Positions 12,801-24,370 are shown, counted from the stretch's first letter. The stretch is 63,507 bases of DNA from Takakia lepidozioides (GCA_030704615.1 CM060732.1:62494-126000), one strand, 5' to 3'. Program-made: numbers and translations. The notes: generated by a model not told the origin, from the letters alone.

Positions 12801-13577
12801 GTTGTACATGGACTCATTTATACCAAGACCAAGGAAATAGCAAGTATTGTCATGGGGTGCGGGCTATACTACGCTGCTTGTTTTCTGATACGTTACCACA
12901 TTGAGCAACAAAAGATGCAAGCACGCTTTCAAAGTTACTCCAGTGGAGATCATTGGGTATTACCTTCGGTGCCACCTCATATGTACCTATATGACCCAAA
13001 AGTATGATACAGAAGGATTCTCAAATTCGTTCATGGTTTCAAGCAGCCTGCAACAATTTGTCAACACAGAAATTCGGACTTGATGACATTTTCTATAAGG
13101 GACATATCGCATGGAAATACTTGCACGCTGCACCAGTAATGGTACCCCACTCATTTGGACAGACAAGGAGCTCAGTGTCTACACCAATTTTGCTGTTCAA
13201 CGGTTACACCAGGTTGTAAAATGCAAACTTCCAGACATGGTAGGACAGCATTGTATGCCCAGATGATTCCACAAAAAGTTCGAAAATTAAAACACCTGAG
13301 AGGCGATGAGGATTCTGATACAACTGTTTCTTCACAAAATTCTTTTGACATGGGAGAAGACTATGCAATTCAGATGAAGAGAAGAAACAAAGGGGATCTC
13401 CTATGCCGGAAAAGATTACCTCGATATCAGCCTCCAGAAGGCCTCACTTATCCAGGTAGTGATCAACCATCTCCATCAACCAGAGACAGACCTCGGGCTC
13501 GTACACACAGCCCACCACGAAACTCTCAACGTCAACAAGGTGCTCACTCACAAAGGTTTGCTACTCGGAAACAGTAA
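9823..13577 (+). pseudogene. Long sense-strand accessory ORF 3' of pol (Athila-type accessory-like N-domain, long coiled coil, aromatic-rich C-domain), broken by frameshifts
   Basis: Chain of overlapping + ORFs from 9823 to 13577. QFLQNF...TVKGVELMIT...LFRLP and WADIMYNAL..EM..GPIIAQII resemble plant retrotransposon accessory ORFs. Q/E/K/L heptad-rich region at 11400-12350. Confidence 0.7.
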
Positions 13578-13598
13578 ACCGTGAGGACACGGCTTTTT

Positions 13599-13612
13599 GA
13601 GGGGGGAAGGGG
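13599..13612 (+). promoter_or_regulatory. Polypurine tract GAGGGGGGAAGGGG
   Basis: Purine run ending 3 nt before the 3' LTR. Confidence 0.9.
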
Positions 13613-13615
13613 TAA

Positions 13616-14649
13616 TGTTAGAGGACTGTAGGGGACTTAGACACTTATACGGGATCTGTAGGGTACCCTTAATTTTTGCACAGACTGAGACAAACAGGAA
13701 CCTTAGGGGTGACAGCAGCGCACTGTAGAGGGGGGTTACATAGCCCACACAGCCGACACAGCAGTCACAGCAGCCGTCACAGCCCACACAGACACAGCCC
13801 GTCACAGTCACAGCCCACACAGCCGTCACAGCCCACACAGCCAACACAGCCCGTCACAGTCGTCACAGCCCACACCCGTCACAGCCACACAGCACAGCCA
13901 CACACAGCCCGTCACAGTCGTCACAGCCCACACAGCCCACACAGCCAGTCACAGCCCGGCACCCACACAGCAGTCACAGCCCGACACAGCCAAACAGCCA
14001 GTCACCGCTTGACACAGCTGTCACGATAATAGGGAACGAAGAGTAGGACAGGGAACGACTGTGGGGAACAACACCTGTGAAGGGAACATGTTAATTCACA
14101 TACGACGGTTAGAGAGGGAAACGGTTAGAACCGCGGATAGGAGGATAAAGGGAAAAACGGGGAATGATGAGGGATGAGGATGATTATTATGATGGGAAGG
14201 AGGATTTCGAGAGACGGGAGGGAAGTCGGTGAGCACGATGAAGGAGGAGGAAAGAGATTAGTAGATGCTTGTTATATGCAAAGCTGTAGGGATATTGTAG
14301 AGGAGAATAGAGACACAATGGCTTCGGCCTGATACCTGATAAATCATAATCTGATACTTATACGATACAATCACACTGTGTAGAGAGATCTGAGTGAAGC
14401 TGTGGATTGAATGGAGGAGTGAAGGAAACCGATAAATTGATGAAGCAAACTGATACTTAATTATCAATGGTAAGGTAGCTAAGATGAATGCGGAAAAGGA
14501 AACAAATAGGAAACACCCCCATGATACACTAGCTGTAGGTCATGACTGATTGTTCTGCGCGGGCTGAGTACTTAGAGATTTCCAACTCTTCTATCTTGGA
14601 GTTTCCGCCTCGGATAGCGAAGGGGTGGGTGAGTAAAAGCCGCGCGACA
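13616..14649 (+). repeat. 3' LTR (1034 bp)
   Basis: Direct repeat of 1343-2429; differs mainly in CACAGCC array length plus a few substitutions and indels. Confidence 0.96.
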
Positions 14650-15979
14650 GATGTCGAACCAACCCATCCTGGCTCTTATGTCTGTCGTGCCATGTCATGA
14701 GGTTAGCGATCGATTTACATCGGTACATACGTTTCAACCTTGGAATGACAGGGAAGTGTCGCAATACTTTCTTGGGCACACTTCCATGACCTGGAATGTA
14801 ACGGGAACTGCGGCACACTGGGAAAATGTCTACATTCTCATACTCCCCACGCACACACGCTCACATGCATGAATCATCGTGTACTGCAATCCCATCTTGG
14901 CAATCAAGGTTTTTGCTTCATAGTGAGTTTTCGGCAATGAATTCTCTTTAGGCAAAAAACTCTTACGCAACAATCCCAGAAGCTCATCCACAAATGCATT
15001 GGTGCACTTGTGGGTAGTGCATGCGTTCAGCAACGTCAAAGTTGCTTGCAGCCGGCTGATGGAGCACCCTTCAAAAAGTGGACATTGCGACTGTCGGAAG
15101 AGTTTATCATACTCGGGATCAACGTGCAGGTGAGCATTCTCATCAAATTCATTGTCTCCGGAATCGTCGAGATCATCGTCATGATTGGCAAATGTGTGAT
15201 CGGTTCCACCATGAATGGGGTCCTCTCTGTTTGCATCTGCAAAGAGAAACGTTTCCTGCAATGCACGCTGCATTTCTACCTCCAATCCACCACTCTCATC
15301 TGCGTTCTCTATGACATTGGGCTCCTGCTGTGCCGCAGGGCCTTCGTCTTCATCATCTGAATATTCACATCCCTGCATCCCAATAGTCATCTTGTGAGTG
15401 GACCAACAACGATGTGACACTTGTTCATATTATGACATAGGAGGCACGGTGACGTTGCAGTGATGCAGTCATATTTACGTATGTATCTTATGAATATACA
15501 CCCAATCAAAACACGACATTTGTAACCATTGAAGTCATAGTTGCAGTCACTTACTTAGTCATATATGACTACATGACTACACATGACCAATGAAAACACA
15601 ACATGTGCATTAATTAAAGTGATAATGGAAGTGGCGTAGTCATAGTCACGTCTGTATCTTATGACTTCTTGACTACAATCACCCAACGAAATGTCGACAT
15701 GTGGAGAAGATGATCGTTGCATTCAAAATTCAAACTAAAGTGCTGAAGGGAAAGTGGCGATCTTACCAGAAGAGAACAGCGTTGGAGAAGAGGATCCCTC
15801 CCGTGTATCATGTAATGATTCCTCACTGTTTCCAACAACAGTACTTTTCCTCCATGACACTCATCGCAGTTGCATAGCATTTTTGTATGCCCATTCCTTG
15901 TGGCATAAGCTTCTTCCATTCGCCATAGACGGTCATCTATTCTACGCATACGCATCCGTTCGCCACCTGCACTGTACAT
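14650..15979 (-). pseudogene. CACTA transposase, 5' part (transposase-associated C-x-C-x2-C...H domain, acidic linker, zinc finger)
   Basis: KMLCNCDECHGG...VRNHYMIHG; PLFEGC, LPKTHYEAK, IHAC, KKVLRHFPVIPRLKRMY, MTWH...DGLVRH. Removing the Gypsy element and one TSD copy restores GLVRH-PADSKAW. Confidence 0.92.
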
Positions 15980-16539
15980 GCTTTGAACGTCACCCCTTCC
16001 CTCTTTGCATGCTACGCACAGTGCATTGTCTCTAGTTTTGCACCAGCTGCCAATGTGCTATTTCTATATCTATAGTATACTATAAGTATCGTTTCTGAGT
16101 GTCCATGGTGGAGTGGAAGGTCTTCGAAGTGACAGTCCCTCTCACTGAGTACGAGAAGTTCCGAGAGCGCCGGATTGCTACCATAAAGGAGGTGGAAGCA
16201 AAGTTCAAGCAGTCGATAGATGGGTGAGTTTAGTTCCTGACTTTGGATACCCACCCACTAAACTTGCAATTTGCCTTATCCTCTAACCTTCCTACAGCGA
16301 TCATAAGCTTCATAGCACAAATGGGGGCGAGTAGCTGCGACTTGTACAAACAGAGAGGCAAACAACATGCAGTGAGTGACGATTAAGTTTGAGGAGGGTG
16401 TGTCATTAGGCGGGAGATGTCCGCCGTCATTCGTGGGCAGCCATTACGTCCTGGTAGGGTGCGGCTGTGTTTTAGCGTAGGTTTAAGAGTATTAGGGTAT
16501 GTATGCTTGCATTTGTTTGTGATTGTTTGAGAGGGAGGT

Positions 16540-17721
16540 CATGGAGGTGTTTGTGCGGGCTTGCGGGAGCGAATCGCCCTTGCAAGCCACGCGCTCCGAA
16601 GGAAAAAGCTAGGGATCAAGGTCCTGCAAGGCAAAGTGCCAGACTGAAGACGATGAAGACTACGATTCTGCATGAGGGCTCTTCTGAGGACGATGAGGAC
16701 GATCCACTCCTCCCACGCTAGTGCGAGGCGAGTGCGTCGTCGGCGGATGCCACGGCAAGCCGAGGAGAACATGCCCATGCTCATGTCGCAGGACAAAAAT
16801 GCCCATCATCTACACTACGAACACCTTCTCCGTCTGTGAGTTATAGTTCTTCACAATGACCATGATTCAAATTATGTATGTTTTTGGTAAAATCACGAAG
16901 AGATAGGGTATGTCTGTCAAGACAGGGAAGTTGGACAATGCAGGGGTCAGCCAAGGCACAATCACAAATGATTTCCACTAGACAAGTTGAAGTGCCAAAG
17001 GCATGATGTCAGGCCAATGTAGACTTCAGGTGTGTTCAAATTCTTTGCCCCATGAAACCAACGTCCTGGTACTAAGCTACAATGGCTACTTATAGAGATA
17101 CTTGGGTTACTTATGCACCCAGAATATCAGTAAAACTTGGAGGGATACTTCTCATGGACCCATCAGGTTTGTCCATTTGAATTCTTGCTATGGATTTCAG
17201 GAACACCCCATACCTAAGAGGGCTAAAAAATGTACGGGAGACATCATTGGGGCCAATCAAAAGATTTTTTTACTGCCCAAGATCATACTGAGTTTTGGGG
17301 TAATCTTGTCTTTACAAATGATATGTGCTTCCAGTTTGTTATATTGAATTCAAGGATTTGCTGCTTGCTGCCTATATGTATGTGTAATCACCCACATTGT
17401 ACTGGGGGAATTTCTTTTCAGGGCAAGCACAAGCGCACTGGATCCACGATCCCTGCTGCTAGCAATGGAGATGGCGCCCACAAGAACGCAGGAGGTGGCC
17501 CTAACTCTCCCATCGTTGTGGGTTCTGTGCCACCAGTACCCCCACCTTATTATGGTATGCCTCAGTACCCACAGTCTGGCACTCAGTATGGTCAGGGTCA
17601 TATATGGTGCTCTCCATATGGGCAGTATGGCCAGTATCCTCCTCCACCATATTTGCCACCCCCTAATAGCTATGGGGGTGGCAGGCCACCGGAATATCCT
17701 CCGGGGGCTGCTATTTCATGA
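16540..17721 (+). other. Possible spliced accessory gene inside the CACTA element with a Pro/Tyr/Gly-rich last exon
   Basis: Basic/acidic ORF at 16503-16721; acceptor-like TTCTTTTCAG at 17412-17421 followed by a PPPYYG..PPPPYLPPP exon. No family motif. Confidence 0.3.
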
Positions 17722-18164
17722 GCCATGAGCCATGAGCGGCATGAGCCATGAGCAGAGTCGTAAGTGTGGAAAAAAACATGAGCAGCACTATTTTCCGGAA
17801 ATGAGTGTCCGCGGGAATAGGGTTTAGGGTGCCACGGTCATAGGGGGAGAAGGACCTCCCGATGAAGGAGGTTCGACAATGTTATTTAGAATTATATATT
17901 GAAAGGCAATGTTTCGCGAATGGTAGGGTGGTACTGCTCTGTACAATGGGGGCCCATTTCAGCCTACCAGCCACTTGCAAAATCCACCCACACTCCCAAT
18001 CCCAAACGAAATGAGCAATGACGCATTCTGGGAACGATGGACACAGAATAGAATAAAAGAGGGCACAATGAGGTTTTTATTGATCCACATGAATTGCATT
18101 TGAAGCACGTCTACTGTGCTGATTGTGCAATCAAATCTTTAGCCCTGTGCCTACTGAATACAAG

Positions 18165-18745
18165 TCACGTTGTCAATGGGACTTCGACTGCTCTCAGAAC
18201 TAGCTCATGAGTCATGGGGCTCCTCCATGTAAAGTCGATTGCAGCCGTTGTACCGCCCCTAGTGATGTTCACCACAATGTCCTGCCCTTCAATCATACCA
18301 CCATCAAATATGGAAATCTTCACGTTTTCGTCGTCCACACCAATGCGAATGTCCCCATACAATGGAGAAGAGGAGCGCACTCCTTGAGGAGAATAGGTCT
18401 CTCCGATGGAGTCCACCCACGTCCAGTGGCAGCAGTTCCACCGCAACAGCATAGCAGTGCGCCTTCTTCTGCATGGGTGACCGTCGTAGCTGGGAAAATC
18501 GGAATCGAGGATGCGCAGGAGCCACGGACTCCTCAGACCAAGATCGTCACCCCGCTCGAAGGCGTAGTGGCCTAGGATATACTCAAAAGCCACCAATGTT
18601 TCCACAATCGAACCAGTATCTTCTCTGTAATCTGTGTACCAGATAACAATGTCTCCGATGTGGCCGAATACATTGCATAATCGATGCCTCCAAATGGGCA
18701 GTCGTCCCGGTTCCGGAAGCACGTCATCCTTGCAAAGGAGGACCT
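18165..18745 (-). CDS. Unknown protein of about 190 aa, paralog A, inside the CACTA element
   Basis: Open frame; colinear similarity to 19265-19823; AATAAA on the minus strand at 18076-18081. Confidence 0.65.
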
Positions 18746-19264
18746 GAGGACGACTTGGATGCAGATGACAATGACCTTGCGGACAGCTACGAAGCCCTTA
18801 GATTTTGGAAATGATAGCGCAAGAGCAGTCCGGCCTCCAATAATGGAGCATCTGGGTCCCACGTACCCACCGACGGAGGTGGAACGTGTTCATCACGCCG
18901 GCGGTGGATGAACCCATACATCTTTCTCATCAACAAGTTATAGTTTGAGATCTGCCACCGAAGTCCATCCCCCCGGATGGAAATTCGGCGCCGCATTTAC
19001 ATCGAAGAGGGGATGGACTTCGTCGTGTCCAGTGGCTATCGGCCCACCTGGCAGTGAGTGCCCATAGTTTGCATGGCAGGGTAGGAAACTGAAACGGCTA
19101 CATTCATGAAGCAGCCAATCTTCATCGGTCCAGGATCTGTAGGGGGGAAAATTTAAATGTGCCCTGGAGTGTTTGTGAGGAATTGCAGCGTTAGCTTGAA
19201 CTTTTTCCAGCCACCGCGCTGCTCCTCCTCCATCCGGGAGCTGCTGTCATTGAGCGTACTCCGC

Positions 19265-19823
19265 TACTCTTTTTCAAGGATGCCGTGCCGCCGAAATCTA
19301 GCCGACTGCCCTTATCATGGCCACGATTATGCTATGTTCAAACCAGAATCAGGGACATCATTGTCTGGCTCTTTGTTTTCACAGACGCTGCTGGAATCAA
19401 GCAAGAGTCTTTGCGCGCAATGGAGTATCTGGAGGGCTATTACCGCTTTGAGCGAGGTGAGGGCGAGGGTCAATGCGGTCCGTGGGTCCTGAAAAATTGT
19501 TGACCTGATATACCAAGCTGGAAAGGGATGCCGGACAGATCACGCACGGCCTCGCTTTGGCGCTGAACTGCTGCCAGTGGACCAGGGAGGACACCGGGGA
19601 AAACTATATACGTGCAGATCACTCCGCTCTTCCAGTGTATGGAGACATTCGGCTGAGTTGCGAAGACGAATCGCACGGGCACATGAGGCCCACAATGACC
19701 TTGTCAATGTATGATGGTGGTATCATTGATGGACATGACATTGTCGTTGGCTCCAGCAAGGGCAGCAGAACGACCGAATTGCAGTTTTTCGAGGTGCCCG
19801 CAGCAGTGATGAGCTTGTTTTGA
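19265..19823 (+). CDS. Unknown protein of about 185 aa, paralog B (one frameshift in an A-run near 19495)
   Basis: Shares RLP...RLC.V...I.DI..W, EY..G.Y.FERG, PW.L, NCC.WT, P.YGDIR and S..DGG.I.G.DIVV with paralog A; AATAAA at 19922-19927. Confidence 0.6.
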
Positions 19824-20109
19824 GGGGTATCGAAGTTCCGTCGACTTGGTGAAGCCCATGTAGAAGGAGGAAGGGCTTAGTTTTGTCTGCAGTTGGTAAA
19901 TGTGAGACATCGTGTCCGATCAATAAACCCATCGTACCTCACTTCTGTATGATTGTGTTTCATTCTGTTGAATAACTGTCGGAATTGGCCCACTGTTTAC
20001 AATTTGATGTCTCATTTCTACAATGTGTCTGTCCGGATGAATATAGCAGAGTAACCGGTATGTGAGTCATGTGTCAAGAATATATACCAGAGTAACGCCA
20101 TGTCGGACA

Positions 20110-20603
20110 TTGAAATGCGGCACCGCATTTCCATGTCGGACAAGGAAATGCGGTGCGTGCCGAATTTCCATGCCGACATGGAAATGTATGAACCGCATTT
20201 CAGTGTCGGACAATAAAATGCGGTGCATCATTTCCGTCCAGGTACACGAAATACCAACACGGGTCTATAAATTGGATAGACAACGAGGTTGGCATTGCAA
20301 ATGCGGCGACGCATTTCCAGCTTGGCAATGGAAACTTCTTTTTGGACAAGGGAATGCGGTGCCGCATTTCCGTCCAACACTTCAAAAAGTGTGACATTTC
20401 CGACCAGCGCGATGGAATGCGTTACCGCATTCCGTGAGAGGGTCTGCAAATGGACAAATTGCGATGTCCGTTCTGGAAATGCGGCGCCGCATTTCCATGT
20501 CCGTCATCGACTTTTTTTTTACAATGGAATGCGGTGCCGTTGCCAATTTTGTGATGGGCTGCAGTTCGAACAACGACCATCCCCAATATGGAAATGCGGC
20601 ACT
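20110..20603. repeat. CACTA subterminal array of palindromic GGAAATGCGGYRCCGCATTTCC motifs (about 10 copies)
   Basis: Copies near 20112, 20144, 20180, 20214, 20297, 20350, 20414, 20475, 20526 and 20590. Confidence 0.85.
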
Positions 20604-22000
20604 GTAGTGTGAATGCAGGGGAGTAACATGGAAATTTTGCTTGGCATCAGGATCCGGCATTACTACAAAGGGAGTGCCCGGGTACTAATAACGGGAGGGA
20701 ACTATCCATGCCTACAGGTAATTCCATGGGCACACTATGCTATTGCTCTGCCAGGACAAAATGTGGCTAAGTCATGAAATACGCCTTTTCATCCATAGGA
20801 TGAATGGCTTTCATCGCTGGTGATTACCGTAGAAACGCGGGGGTCGAGGAAGCTTAGGGCTTGCTGGGAGGTAATCGTGCAGGGAACAGCTAGGTAATTT
20901 TGCTCAAGCCAGGAGAAGGGAGGCGGTGCAGGACGATTCATCAAGGGCAAGGGGAAGTAATATCATGTACTACTGACAGAAGTAATGAAGCATAGAGGCG
21001 GTGCTTCCTGTGATTTGACCGCTGAAGGTGTAGGAGTTGCGGGGAAAGCAGCTCGGTGGAGGGGCAGCAGTGCCGTCGTTACTCTCATAACCACGATGAC
21101 AAGGAGGATGAACCTGCAAGGGAAACAACCTGCTGCCAGGGAATAGGAAGGTGGGGTTGCAGACTTGATCAAAGGCTAGTTAAGATGATAGAGCAGCTCC
21201 ATCATGACGGGCATCTGCCAGAGGTAGGGTGTGCAAACTGATACCGCTGCCATTGCATTCATGTGCAATTATAGGAAAGCTGCACTTGTGGAGAAGCAAT
21301 TGCTGCCAGATCAAGGGGCAGAGATGGGATTACTGACTTGACCACTTGTGAAATGGTGCAATCGCCAGAATGAGGGCATTGGCTTGTGGACAGTGATACA
21401 GGTTATCTGTAAATAAAGAAGCAAAGAGTGAAATATGTAGAGCATGAAGCTTTCAGATAATGACTGTCTTCTTGTTATCACATCAGATCTTAGGGTAGAT
21501 TAGCAGAGATGGTAGGATAGGGTAGTTAGTTGGCAAGCAACAAGGTTACTGCCATAGGTTGAAACAACAGAGCTGTCAAGACTCACGGAACGCTTGAATC
21601 GACGAAATATCTGAAGGTGGAGTGGCATAGCAATGACAGGATCTGACATGCATAGATCTTTGTTTTTACAACGTGGCATTCAAACGACAAAAGGAGTTAG
21701 GGGAGCTGCTGACAGAGATGGTGAGGTGCCATTTCAGGCAGGCGATCCCACCGCTTCAGCTGGAGAGTATAAGAGAGCTAAGTTCATAGATGCAAGGCCC
21801 CTCTCTGACTTAGGGATAGTTGCTATGGAATTTCGCTAGAGAGACTCTCAATAGAGATGAGGGAGATAGAAAAAGATTTTTTGGCAAATGGAATGGTGAC
21901 TTCTGGAATTCATACCAGTCCTGGAGGTAGAGAGGAAAGTGAGTAGGGTGGAAGTTGTGTGGAGTGCTGCAAGAAGTTGGGAAGTCAGCTCTCAAACATA

Positions 22001-22500
22001 NNNNNNNNNNNNNNNNNNNNNNNNNNNNNNNNNNNNNNNNNNNNNNNNNNNNNNNNNNNNNNNNNNNNNNNNNNNNNNNNNNNNNNNNNNNNNNNNNNNN
22101 NNNNNNNNNNNNNNNNNNNNNNNNNNNNNNNNNNNNNNNNNNNNNNNNNNNNNNNNNNNNNNNNNNNNNNNNNNNNNNNNNNNNNNNNNNNNNNNNNNNN
22201 NNNNNNNNNNNNNNNNNNNNNNNNNNNNNNNNNNNNNNNNNNNNNNNNNNNNNNNNNNNNNNNNNNNNNNNNNNNNNNNNNNNNNNNNNNNNNNNNNNNN
22301 NNNNNNNNNNNNNNNNNNNNNNNNNNNNNNNNNNNNNNNNNNNNNNNNNNNNNNNNNNNNNNNNNNNNNNNNNNNNNNNNNNNNNNNNNNNNNNNNNNNN
22401 NNNNNNNNNNNNNNNNNNNNNNNNNNNNNNNNNNNNNNNNNNNNNNNNNNNNNNNNNNNNNNNNNNNNNNNNNNNNNNNNNNNNNNNNNNNNNNNNNNNN
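22001..22500. other. Assembly gap (500 N)
   Basis: Run of N. Confidence 1.
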
Positions 22501-23246
22501 TGGAAGTGTACTCCGTACTCTGCGTTGGCTCAGCCATAGCCAAGCTGATAATCCAAGTCAAGCAGTTGAGATCCATTATTTGCCCCAACACCTGACGACG
22601 TGATGCCTCAGAAAGAGATGGCACCGCCGTGGTACCAGTGGTGAAACCCATCGCCCGTTCGCGCTCGTCAGCATTGGGGCTCCACTAACTGCTGCAACTG
22701 GCTATCCCTTATAGGCCAGGTCCACCATCCTGGAAAACATGAGATCCTGGAAAGCTGAGCAGTGTAGGCAATGCTGCTCGTGGGTGACCCACCTTATTGA
22801 CCACTGCCAAAGGTGATCGGTCATCGTGTCTCACACGCTGAGACTGCCTCTCTATGTCCAAAATGTTATCCAACGTGAGGTTTGGTGGCCGCTGCACCCC
22901 CATCAAATGCACGCTTGAGTAGTGCAGGTGGCATCAAGTTGGTCCACCATAGTCGTGGGCGATGAGCCCGTGACCCCACTGCAGCTGCATCCAGCAACAT
23001 TGCTGACCCAAGCCAAGACCGCACTTGATGTACACTGGCCATCACCTTGGCCCAAGAATCACCCATCAATGGCATATTCTCCAAGATATATGCCGGAGAG
23101 TCTGTCTACTAAAGCTGTAAATAGCGCAAGACCCTCAACATCTCCCAAAACAGGCGTGACCTTGAGTCTTGTAACCCATTGCCATACCCGGCTGATGAAT
23201 GCCCTTGGCAGGGCCAACCTGCCACTACCAAGTGAATAGGGCCAAT
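22501..23246 (-). pseudogene. C5 cytosine DNA methyltransferase, C-terminal half (motifs IV-X), DNMT3-like
   Basis: IGPIHLVVAGWPCQGHSSAG (catalytic PC at 23208-23213), GLQDSRSRLFWEMLRVL, YILENMP, LLDAAAVGSRAHRPRLWWTNL, ERERAMGFTTGTT and RRQVLGQIMDLNCLTWI. Contains stops and frameshifts. Confidence 0.9.
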
Positions 23247-24370
23247 GGTCAAGACTTCTACGGCTGCGCCATGGCAAGCTGCAGCTGCCAGCTCAGCCAG
23301 TCATTGAACGCGCAATGGTGACACCTGGAGCTGTCTTGTTAGACAACCAGGATGACATTTTCTCTTTGAGTGGATCGGCAGGCAAGAGGTACTGACCACT
23401 GCGGGTCTTGTTGGACTCGGGAGCTGAGCCACTGATGTTGGGCAGAGTTGCTATTGCAGGTTTGGGCCTCATGGAGGCGGATATGGAGTCTTGTCCTTTC
23501 CAGATACAGACATCTCTGGGAGGATCAGAACAGGCTCGGGGCATGACACGGCGTGAGTTGGCCATTAGACTACAGCCGGATCATCCTATAGATGGCTCAG
23601 TGATACGAGCCAAGGCCATTGTGACAGACGCGGTCTCTTATGATGTCTTCGTTGGTGGGGTAGTGTTGTATCCCATGGGCTTCACCCTGGATTTTTGGGA
23701 GGAGTCAGCATCCTTCAGGCCTGGATGGCAGTCAGGGGATGGTTGTCATGTACAGCTCCTTGTGACATTCATTGGGGGTGTTGCTGCTGCCCAGCGGGGC
23801 AAGATGCCAACACTAGCAGCCTTCACAGCTGCAGTTAGTTGGCCTGGAGAGTTGCTGGAGGGCAATGCCCACGCAGAGGATGTGCCACCTCTAGCAGAAC
23901 AGGATGACATGCATGGTATGGCGGAGTTGCCTGCTATGGTTGCTCACACTCCATTGTGGGGTACGAGCAAGGATTTGCAGCAGACTACTGATAGACGGGT
24001 GCAACAAGCCTAGGTAGATGCCTTTGTACCGTCAGGAAAGGAGGAGAGTGCGGTGATTGCACTAGGATCACCTTAGTTATCGCCATTGGTTACCACACCT
24101 CTTGTGTGGCAGTGCCGGGATGAAGGCATATGCCTTTTGGACTTATTTGGCAGGATCAGCACTGGATTGGCTGCAGTGCTGCAGGCAGGTGTACGAGTTC
24201 AACATTACCTGTATGTGGAGAGGGATGAGACTACATGACGCGTCTCACTGCGCCATGTTGCTCAGTTGATGCAGCAATACCCTGATTTGTTGCCAGTGTC
24301 TGCAGTTCGTGGATACCAACAAGCCTTGCCAGCAGACATCTCTTTGCTGGGGGCGCATGATTTGGAGCGG
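23247..24370 (+). pseudogene. Retroelement aspartic protease fused in frame to the DNA methyltransferase N-terminal half (motifs I-III)
   Basis: RVLLDSGAEPLMLG...SYDVFVGG (retropepsin-like). The same frame, read through TAG/TGA stops, gives GICLLDLFGRISTGLAAVLQAG, YLYVERD and PADISLLGAHDLER. Confidence 0.85.

Larger units (their letters stand above)
1343..14649 (+). mobile_element. Full-length Ty3/Gypsy LTR retrotransposon, non-chromovirus (Athila/Tat-related type), with extra ORFs 5' of gag and 3' of pol
   Basis: TG...CA LTRs at both ends; 5-bp TSD GATGT at 1338-1342 and 14650-14654; PBS and PPT present; domain order gag-PR-RT-RNaseH-INT; no chromodomain or second RNase H seen. Confidence 0.97.
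1..20609 (-). mobile_element. CACTA (EnSpm/CMC) DNA transposon; right terminus at 20609, left end outside the window; contains the nested Gypsy element
   Basis: TAGTG at 20605-20609 (minus strand reads CACTACAGTGCCGCATTTCC) directly follows a subterminal palindrome array at 20110-20603. A Tnp2/TnpD-type transposase on the minus strand is read away from this end. Confidence 0.8.

Noticed and set aside
17818-17830. Telomeric repeat (also near 47346)
   Set aside because: Fewer than two full TTTAGGG units; at most a telo-box.
20620-22000. Possible RT or gag continuation of the DNMT element left of the gap
   Set aside because: No RT, gag or integrase motif could be recognised on either strand; left unassigned.
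21939-22651. Long ORFs spanning X residues
   Set aside because: Artefacts of the N gap; only 22501-22651 (-) is meaningful, as DNMT motifs IX-X.
22501-24370. Host DNMT3/DRM/CMT gene or bacterial contaminant methylase
   Set aside because: No introns evident, fused in frame to a retropepsin, no host regulatory domain seen, unpermuted motif order, and decayed among plant TEs. Phylogeny is still needed to exclude these formally.
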